From contig UYFQ01000001.1 in NCBI GenBank assembly GCA_900617105.1, positions 3,162,001 to 3,226,000 on the forward strand: a DNA stretch of 64,000 nucleotides. The letters are read 5' to 3'. Position 1 is the first letter of the stretch. Each line of letters begins with the position of its first letter. Positions 57,159-64,000 of this stretch are shown piece after piece. A program made the translations under genes and the position numbers. The notes beneath the pieces were generated by a model. The model was not told where the DNA came from. It made no database searches and saw only the letters and a list, made by a program, of their open reading frames with translations. Source of the stretch: Hydrurus foetidus. Its lineage: Eukaryota.

Positions 57159-58238
57159 CTATTTTGCCGATTCAACGTATGTCCACCGATACAACGGCTC
57201 CACCAACAGCAGCACCGCAGCCAGCCGCGTGACGTGAAACGCCGTCACCAGCGGCACGCCGAGTTGCAGCACCTTGGCGGTAATCGCCATTTCAGCGATG
57301 CCACCTGGCGAGGTGCCGAGCATCACTGTGGTCCAGTACTGGCCAGTTGCATGCGCCAGCAGCCACGCAAAACCGGCGCACAGTGCAATCATCACCACCG
57401 TGGCCAGCGCAATTGATGCCAGCCAGCGTGGGGCCAGGTGCACAAACTGACGCGTGAACCGAACGCCTAGGCTGATGCCAATCACCAGCTGTGCGGCGTT
57501 CGTCAGCCACTGCGGAATGGCTGACAAATTTACGCCGTTGGCGGTCAGCAGTACGGCAACCGCTAGGGCACCAATAAACCAGGGGTTGGTGCGTTTAAGC
57601 AGCAGCATCACCCAACAGCCCACACCGGTCAGCGCAGCCAGCAGCCCCAAGCCGGGCCAGTCAACCGCGCGCGGGCCGGGCGGGGTAGTGTCAAGTCCTT
57701 GCAGGCCGGCCCACTGCAGCCCAAACGGAATAATCAGCGTGACCAGCAGCACGCGCAGGCTGTGGCTGGACGCCACCAGCTCGGTTTGCGCGCCGTGGCG
57801 CTCCCCGAGCAGCGTCATTTCTGATGCCGCACCAATCGGCGAAGCAAAGTAAGTGGTGGTGCGGGTAAGGCCAGCTATGCGCAACTTGCCCGGCGGGTAA
57901 TGCACGCGGCACAGCCACGCGCCAAAGCCGAAACCAAGCGCCAGCGCCCACACAATGTTCAGCGCAATGGCCCACCACACACTGAGCACCAGCGCCACCA
58001 CTTGCGGCGTGAAGTACAGCCCCAGCGCCGCACCAATCACCCACTGCCCGGCGTTGCGCAGCGGCGTGTAGCTGTAAGTAGGCGTGCCCAGCATTGACAG
58101 CGCGCCAGTGACCACCAACGGACCAATCATCCACGGCAGCGGCGTGCGCAGCAGCACGCAGCCCCAAGCGGCCGCCAAAGCCAGCAGCAAGGTAAGCGCA
58201 GTACGAATTAAGAGTGGCAGATCAGCCTTGCATGCCAT
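57159..58238 (-). CDS. Membrane AbrB-family protein (AmoA-like duplication)
   Basis: PLPWMIGP, GQWVIG..LG..F, PGGIAEM; internal duplication. Confidence 0.85.
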   Translation of the reverse strand: MACKADLPLLIRTALTLLLALAAAWGCVLLRTPLPWMIGPLVVTGALSMLGTPTYSYTPLRNAGQWVIGAALGLYFTPQVVALVLSVWWAIALNIVWALALGFGFGAWLCRVHYPPGKLRIAGLTRTTTYFASPIGAASEMTLLGERHGAQTELVASSHSLRVLLVTLIIPFGLQWAGLQGLDTTPPGPRAVDWPGLGLLAALTGVGCWVMLLLKRTNPWFIGALAVAVLLTANGVNLSAIPQWLTNAAQLVIGISLGVRFTRQFVHLAPRWLASIALATVVMIALCAGFAWLLAHATGQYWTTVMLGTSPGGIAEMAITAKVLQLGVPLVTAFHVTRLAAVLLLVEPLYRWTYVESAK

Positions 58239-58285
58239 GAGGCGTTAAAAGTACAAAGCGGGCCGATACAGATTAGGATGCGGCG

Positions 58286-59122
58286 ATGCTCAAACTAATT
58301 ATCGTTGCGGCGGTTATCGCTGTTTTAACTGCCTGCGCTGCAAAGCCAGAAGCCCCCGTGCTGCACAACCTGACGGGTGCGGCCTTGGCGCAAACCACCA
58401 CCCGGCTAGATGCCTTGCTGCCCACAGACATGCTTTTGCTGGGGGAGCAGCACGATGCCAAAGAGCACCAGCAAATTCACAGCCAGGTGATCAGCCTGTT
58501 GGCGCAGCGCACTTTGCTGGCGGCAGTGGTGCTAGAGATGGCGGATGCAGGCGCCACCACGGCTGGCCTGCACCCCAGCTCAACTGAGCTGCAAGCCCAA
58601 AACGCCTTGAAATGGAACGACAAAGCCTGGCCTTGGGCAGCTTATGGTCCGGCGGTAATGACGGCTGTGCGAGCCGGTGTGCCGGTGCTGGGCGGCAATT
58701 TGCCGCGCGAACAAATGCGTTCAAGCATGGCGAACAGCACACTCGACGCCCAGTTGCCCGGCCCGGCACTCAAAGCGCAGCAGCAACTCATTCGCACGGG
58801 GCACTGCAACTTGTTGCCCGAGAGCCAGATCACGCCGATGACCCGCATCCAGATTGCGAAAGACATCAGCATGGCCAACACACTGGTCAAAGCGGCGGTG
58901 CCGGGTGGTGTAGTGGTGTTGCTGTCGGGCAGCGGCCACAACGACCGCTTGCTGGGCGTGCCTCAGCACTTGCCGGCTTCGGTCAAAACCAAAGCGGTGC
59001 GGTTGCGCGCAGGGCCAGCGGGCGCTGGCGACAGCGCCGATGCGTTTGATGCAGTGTGGGCGACGCCAGCGTTGCCTGAAAAAGATTACTGCGCCGAGTT
59101 CAAAGCGCAGATGGGCAAATAG
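58286..59122 (+). CDS. ChaN/PhuW-family lipoprotein
   Basis: Lipobox LTAC, LLGEQHD, LEM, GHC, GSGH..LGVP. Confidence 0.85.
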   Translation: MLKLIIVAAVIAVLTACAAKPEAPVLHNLTGAALAQTTTRLDALLPTDMLLLGEQHDAKEHQQIHSQVISLLAQRTLLAAVVLEMADAGATTAGLHPSSTELQAQNALKWNDKAWPWAAYGPAVMTAVRAGVPVLGGNLPREQMRSSMANSTLDAQLPGPALKAQQQLIRTGHCNLLPESQITPMTRIQIAKDISMANTLVKAAVPGGVVVLLSGSGHNDRLLGVPQHLPASVKTKAVRLRAGPAGAGDSADAFDAVWATPALPEKDYCAEFKAQMGK

Positions 59123-59201
59123 CCTTGATTTGCCTGGATCTCTATGAGCCGCTCGTTGAATGACGCGTATTCATCTGCCTTTTGGCCGGTAGGCAAAGGG
59201 C

Positions 59202-60368
59202 CTATCTGGGCCACAGCACCCACAGCTTGAGCGGCTGATTCACCTTGGCCGCAAACTCGCCGGCTTCAAGGCCAGTGCCCGCAAAGTAGTCGGCCCGCAC
59301 CGGCCCCACAATTGCGCTGCCAGTGTCTTGCGCAAACACCAGTTTTTGCAGCGTACCTGCCGCGCCGCGTGACGACAAATACACCGGCGTGCCATACGGA
59401 ATACTGCCGGGGTCAACCGCAATCGAGCGGCCGGGCGTTAGCGCCACGCCTTGCGCGCCTTTGGGGCCAAAGGCGGCATCAAAATCGCTCAGCGCTTCTT
59501 CTTTAAAAAACACGTAGCGCGGATTGCTCCACAGCAGTTGCTGCACGCGCTGCGGGTTTTGCGCGGCCCACGCTTTGGTGGCGTCAGGCCACGGGTTGAT
59601 TTTGGTCACGCCTTGGGCTGTCAGCCACTGATTCACGCTGCGGTACGGCTGGTCGTTGGTGCCTGCAAACGCCACGCGAACGGTGCGCTGGCTGCCGTTT
59701 GGCTCGGTAATACTCAAGCGGCCCGAGCCCTGAATATGCAGCAGCAGCACATCGATGGGGTCGGCCAAGTAGGCGATTTCACGGCCTTTCAGGGCGGCGG
59801 CGGCTTCAGGCAGGGTGTCAATTTCTTGCCGGGAGTACCACGGCTTTTTGCTGCCCAAATTAGCCGGTGCGGCATACAGCGGCACGCCGTAGCCGTTGCC
59901 ATTCAAGCGCGCAGCTTTAAGCAGCGGCTCAAAGTAACTGGTTAGCAAGCCGTCTGCATTGCCCTGGGTTGACTCGACCCGGTAGGGCTGCAGCCTGGCG
60001 GTCATCCAGGCGCGCTGCTGCTCTGCCGGCGCAATGCTCAGGCGCCGAGCATCAGCACATAACGCGGCAAAAGTGGGGCCGGGTTTTTCGCAGCTTTTAA
60101 GCCACGCGTTCCATGCCTCAAACAATTTGTCGTCTTCAAAACCGGGCAGCTCCGCCCAACGCACAGCAACCCAGCGGCTTTTGGCCTGGCTAATGTTGGG
60201 CGGCAAAGGAGCGGTGTCGGCGGTTCTACCTGCAGGCGTGGGCACAGCCGTTGGCGGCAGCGCGGCGGGGCCGTCGTCAGGCGGCAGCGGTGTGCTGGCG
60301 CATGACGCCAGCAGCGCAGCGCTGGCGATAATGAAGCCTGCGTAAACCAATTTATAAAGGTGCTTCAT
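59202..60368 (-). CDS. mltA: Membrane-bound lytic murein transglycosylase A
   Basis: Lipobox LASC, IQGSG, NPRYVFF, SIAVDP, AQDTGSAI.G..RAD; start could be 60419. Confidence 0.93.
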   Translation of the reverse strand: MKHLYKLVYAGFIIASAALLASCASTPLPPDDGPAALPPTAVPTPAGRTADTAPLPPNISQAKSRWVAVRWAELPGFEDDKLFEAWNAWLKSCEKPGPTFAALCADARRLSIAPAEQQRAWMTARLQPYRVESTQGNADGLLTSYFEPLLKAARLNGNGYGVPLYAAPANLGSKKPWYSRQEIDTLPEAAAALKGREIAYLADPIDVLLLHIQGSGRLSITEPNGSQRTVRVAFAGTNDQPYRSVNQWLTAQGVTKINPWPDATKAWAAQNPQRVQQLLWSNPRYVFFKEEALSDFDAAFGPKGAQGVALTPGRSIAVDPGSIPYGTPVYLSSRGAAGTLQKLVFAQDTGSAIVGPVRADYFAGTGLEAGEFAAKVNQPLKLWVLWPR

Positions 60369-60457
60369 GTCGTTGCTGTTCTTGGAAGCTTTGGGCGCGT
60401 TGCTGCTGTTGGTGTTCATTGTGTGGTGGACGATGTTTTCAGGCCGAAAGAACGGTG

Positions 60458-60502
60458 AGCTTAAAGATGACGAGCTAAAGGATGACGGGCTAAAGGACGA
60501 CG
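60458..60502. repeat. 15 bp tandem repeat x3 upstream of mltA
   Basis: GAGCTTAAAGATGAC GAGCTAAAGGATGAC GGGCTAAAGGACGAC. Confidence 0.7.
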
Positions 60503-60563
60503 ACCAGCCGCCACCGCCGAACCAGAAGCCATAAAGCCCTGACGCGCCAAACTGGGTGTAAAA

Positions 60564-60615
60564 AAGCATTTTTAACCAATAAATATGGGCGCGAGCAGCT
60601 ATTATTTAAATAGCA
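60564..60615 (-). repeat. Dispersed repeat, copy 20
   Basis: CCAATAAATATGGGCGCGAGCAGCTATTATTTAAATAGCA. Confidence 0.88.
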
Positions 60616-60638
60616 TAAAAAGCTTGACTCAACCGAAC

Positions 60639-61454
60639 TCATGCCGCGCCCACTTGGCGGTGCGACAGCGCGGGCAACTGAGCGCGAGCCGTGGCCAGCG
60701 CGCTGTGCTCAATATCAGCCAGCACCACACCCGGCCCTTCGGCAAGTTGCGCGATGACCTCGCCCCACGGGTTAACGACCATCGACTGCCCCCAAGTGCG
60801 GCGCTGGTTTTCGTGCACGCCGCCTTGTGCTGCTGCCAAGACGTAGGCCAGGTTTTCAATAGCGCGCGCCCTCAGCAGCACCTCCCAGTGCGCCTTGCCG
60901 GTGGTGTGGGCAAAGGCGCTTGGTACCAGCAGCAGGTCTGCCTGCAGCGCGCGGTACAACTCGGGAAATCGCAGGTCGTAGCAAATGCTCAAGCCCACCC
61001 GCCAGCTGTGCCCATCTTGCGAAGGCAAATCGAACGTCACCGGCAACTGGCCGGGCGTGATGACGCGCGATTCATCGTAGTTTTCGCTGCCGTTGTCAAA
61101 CTTGAACAAATGAATTTTGTCGTAGCGCGCTACGCAATCGCCAAGCGGGCTGAAGGCCAGGGCGGTGTTGTAAACCTTGCCCGCATCAGGGCTGACGAGT
61201 GGCACGGTGCCGGCCACCAGCCACAGCTTGTAGCACTCTGCGCAGCGGCGCAAAAAATCTTGAATCTCGCCTTGCCCGGGCGTCTCCGCAACGCTCAGTT
61301 TGTCGTTTTCGCTTAAGCCCAGCAAGCAAAAATACTCGGGCAACACGGCCAGTTCTGCTCCTGCATCAGCAGCTTGTGCCAGCAGCTGCTCAGCAGTGGC
61401 CAGGTTATGGGCCAGCGACGCGCCAGACACCATTTGGCAGGCGGCGACTTTCAC
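60639..61454 (-). CDS. Carbon-nitrogen hydrolase (Nit family)
   Basis: LPEYF, YDKIHLF, ICYDLRFPE catalytic triad. Confidence 0.94.
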   Translation of the reverse strand: MKVAACQMVSGASLAHNLATAEQLLAQAADAGAELAVLPEYFCLLGLSENDKLSVAETPGQGEIQDFLRRCAECYKLWLVAGTVPLVSPDAGKVYNTALAFSPLGDCVARYDKIHLFKFDNGSENYDESRVITPGQLPVTFDLPSQDGHSWRVGLSICYDLRFPELYRALQADLLLVPSAFAHTTGKAHWEVLLRARAIENLAYVLAAAQGGVHENQRRTWGQSMVVNPWGEVIAQLAEGPGVVLADIEHSALATARAQLPALSHRQVGAA

Positions 61455-64000
61455 CGTTTGCGCTCCAGCTTGGTCACTTTGGGGTCGGCCCAGCTGCCGT
61501 CGATTCGAAATTCTTGCGTGGCGGCATCAATCAGCGGCTGGCGCAAAAAGTACTGCGCTAAAAAGGTGCCCAGCCCAATTGCCGGGTTAATGACAGCAGC
61601 AATCAGCGACGCGGTACCGGCATTGATTTCAGGCACCACCAGTACTCTCAGGTCTTGGGTTTCTTTGGCAATATTGGCGCTGCCTTCCATCAGTACAGCA
61701 GCGTTCACGCCTTTCATTTGCAAGTTGTTGGTGGCCGCTATGCCTTGCGCAATGTTCACATCGCCGCGCACAAAGTCAAACGCAAAGCCGTCGGTAAATA
61801 CATCGCGAAAGTCCAGCGCCAGCCGCCGGGGCAGTGACTGCAGGCTGAGCACGCCCAGCAGCTTGGCAATGCCGGGATCGGCCTTTAAAAATTGCCCGGA
61901 TTCAATGTTGACGTTAAATTGCCCGGTCATGCTGGGGTAATTGGGGCTAAGCGGCGAGCCGATCCAGCCGATTTGGCCTTCCATCTTGCCCTTGCCTTTA
62001 CGCACCACACCGCGCATGCCAAAACGGTTAAGCAGTTCGCCCGAGTCGGCGATGTCGAGTTTGAAGTTAAGGGCCGTTCTGCGTTTTTCGCCAGCGCTGG
62101 CTGGGGTAGCGTTGGCAGTGGCGGTTTGCACATTCAGTGCGACCCAATTGCCACTGGCGGTCAGCGTCGCTTCAGGGTTAATCACGTTAAATTTGTTCAG
62201 TCGCCATTCGCGCGCACCACCGTCGCGCGCTGCCGCACCTGTGCCCCGGTTCACCGCGTCAATTTCAATGCGGCCCAGTTTTTTGCCGCGCAGTTCCAGG
62301 TCGTCCACCACGATGTCAAGCGCTGGCAAATTAGTTGGCTGCTCATCAAGCAGGCTGTCCACTTCCAATGCACCTGAAGGCCCCACGCTTAGCCGCGCCA
62401 GCCGGGCCAATACCCGCGCAGGGGCGGCGTTGGCGGCTTGCCGGTATTCTGCGTAGCCGCTAAGCTCGTTGGCGTCCACGTTGGCGCGCCAGGTCAAGCC
62501 GTCTCTGGAGCCGCCAATCACGAGGTTGTTGAACTTGCGGCCGGCTACTGTCAGCTCTTTGGCGCGGATCGCAATTTGGTTGGGGAAGTAGCTTTGGGGG
62601 TTAATCGCTGTGCCGCCAGCAGGTGAGGCTTGCGTGGCGATGCTGCTGCCTACCGAACTGGTGAGTACTTTCTCCCAAGCGTCAATGTCAATGCTGGCGA
62701 GATTGATGTTGGCCGCCACGCCCTTGTCGAGCAGCGAAACCGATTCGCCGGGCTCCAGGCCAATGCCAATGCTGCCGCGCACAATTCGCGCTTCTGGCGC
62801 CACATCGCCGCTGATGTCGCGCACAAAAGTTGCGCTAGCGATCCGCCCAATGCTGACACTCAACTGGTCTTGCAATTTTTGCCCCGCGCCCATCGACTCG
62901 CGCAGCACGGCGGTTTCAAAACGTACCGGCAGCAGGGCTTCAGCCGATTTATTCAAAGGCGGGGGCAGATTCAAACCCACGCCCTGCAAATTGCTGGTTA
63001 GTGACACCTCCATGGCGCCGCGCGTGACAGCCAGCGTAGCGGTGTAGGCGGCAGTGCCGGTGGCGTACTGCGCCAGCCGAGCCGCAGCGCCCAAGTCTTT
63101 GGCTTGGCGAACCGCCTCTAAAGACGCGGTTCCCTGAGCTTTAAATAAAACACTCGGCTCAGTGTCTGGGCCCGCGCCAGCCACGCGGCTTGCTGGGCGC
63201 ATTCCGCCTTCAATTCGAACATCGCCGCCCAGCAGCTGGGCCTGCGCTGCTGGTACCGCAAAGCCTTTTTCGGTAAATGTAGCCATGCCGCGCAGCTTCG
63301 TCAGCATGGGCGCACTGGGGGCCAGGCGAACGTCATTTCCGGGCAGCGAAACCGTGCCCCGCACAGATGTGTTGGCAATTGCATTGAGCGGCAAGTTCAG
63401 CTGCAGCGCGTATTCCCCGACGCCTGAGGCAGAAATTTTTTCAGCGGCTTTGCTCGTCATGGCAGCCAGCGGCGACGTATTAACAAAACTCACCGCGCTG
63501 GCCAATGGGCCTTTTATTTTGGCCTGCAGCTCCACCGTGGCCCCGCTCAGTAAATTCGGAATTTTGGCGTCTGCACGCAGCACCTGCAGGCCGGGCATGC
63601 CCGCAATGCCGCTGGTGGCGTTGTTGACTGCCAGCGTTGCGCGGTCAAACACCAGCTCCCCATTCAGCTCTGTTAATGCAGGCCAAGGCGTTGCGCCGGC
63701 AGGTTGCGCCCATGCTGGTACATAAGCCAGCACACCATTTTTAACTTGCGCTGCTACTTTGAATTCGCCCTTTTTGGGGTCGGCGAATGGAATCTCGTCA
63801 ACCGCGCCTTTGACCTTGAAGGTGACGTTGCTGACTTCGCCTTGCACTACAGCATCGCGCACATAGTGGCGCACCTGGTCTGCCATGACCAGCGGCAGGT
63901 AGCGGTGTACCCGCGCGCCGTTGCCTCGGCTCAAAACGCCTTGCAGGTCAAGCGTGCCCAGTGACTTCACATCCGGTGCGGTTCCCGCCGAGCCGCCCGA
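61451..64000 (-). CDS. yhdP: YhdP/AsmA2-family protein (5' truncated by window edge)
   Basis: SLQSLPRRLALDFRDVF..GFAFD, I.GSW.DP C-terminus; upstream of the nitrilase as is usual. Confidence 0.9.
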   Translation of the reverse strand, partial: SGGSAGTAPDVKSLGTLDLQGVLSRGNGARVHRYLPLVMADQVRHYVRDAVVQGEVSNVTFKVKGAVDEIPFADPKKGEFKVAAQVKNGVLAYVPAWAQPAGATPWPALTELNGELVFDRATLAVNNATSGIAGMPGLQVLRADAKIPNLLSGATVELQAKIKGPLASAVSFVNTSPLAAMTSKAAEKISASGVGEYALQLNLPLNAIANTSVRGTVSLPGNDVRLAPSAPMLTKLRGMATFTEKGFAVPAAQAQLLGGDVRIEGGMRPASRVAGAGPDTEPSVLFKAQGTASLEAVRQAKDLGAAARLAQYATGTAAYTATLAVTRGAMEVSLTSNLQGVGLNLPPPLNKSAEALLPVRFETAVLRESMGAGQKLQDQLSVSIGRIASATFVRDISGDVAPEARIVRGSIGIGLEPGESVSLLDKGVAANINLASIDIDAWEKVLTSSVGSSIATQASPAGGTAINPQSYFPNQIAIRAKELTVAGRKFNNLVIGGSRDGLTWRANVDANELSGYAEYRQAANAAPARVLARLARLSVGPSGALEVDSLLDEQPTNLPALDIVVDDLELRGKKLGRIEIDAVNRGTGAAARDGGAREWRLNKFNVINPEATLTASGNWVALNVQTATANATPASAGEKRRTALNFKLDIADSGELLNRFGMRGVVRKGKGKMEGQIGWIGSPLSPNYPSMTGQFNVNIESGQFLKADPGIAKLLGVLSLQSLPRRLALDFRDVFTDGFAFDFVRGDVNIAQGIAATNNLQMKGVNAAVLMEGSANIAKETQDLRVLVVPEINAGTASLIAAVINPAIGLGTFLAQYFLRQPLIDAATQEFRIDGSWADPKVTKLERKR

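Noticed and set aside
1356..60615. Dispersed repeat as a CRISPR array
   Set aside because: Copies are hundreds to thousands of bases apart, in both orientations, variable in sequence, and no cas genes are present.

Overview
A 64 kb chromosomal segment, most likely from a Comamonadaceae-type betaproteobacterium (inferred from gene content and order). The backbone carries phoX (partial), a two-component pair, marR, recA-recX, argC, sucCD, two terC genes, moaC, a BepA-like protease, oxyR, a peptide ABC cluster, mltA, a nitrilase and yhdP (partial). Five things stand out. (1) A six-gene signalling cluster (CHASE2 Ser/Thr kinase, PP2C, FHA protein, CHASE2 class III adenylyl cyclase, metallo-beta-lactamase-fold cNMP phosphodiesterase, GAF-fused PilB-type ATPase) lies directly upstream of two type IVa pilins, tfpZ and pglL. 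(2) At least 20 copies of a ~50 bp two-hairpin repeat are dispersed through the window; three are translated in the same frame inside proteins, and several bracket accessory genes as direct repeats. (3) An integron-type cassette with a clear attC site encodes a RelA/SpoT-family synthetase, with no integrase in the window; a truncated second cassette and a complete IS4-family element follow. (4) There are eight toxin-antitoxin modules, two of them decayed. (5) Displaced, degenerate copies of the 3' ends of argC and tfpZ mark insertion events. I saw no rRNA, tRNA or CRISPR array. All calls are by eye from sequence and motifs; no database searches were run.
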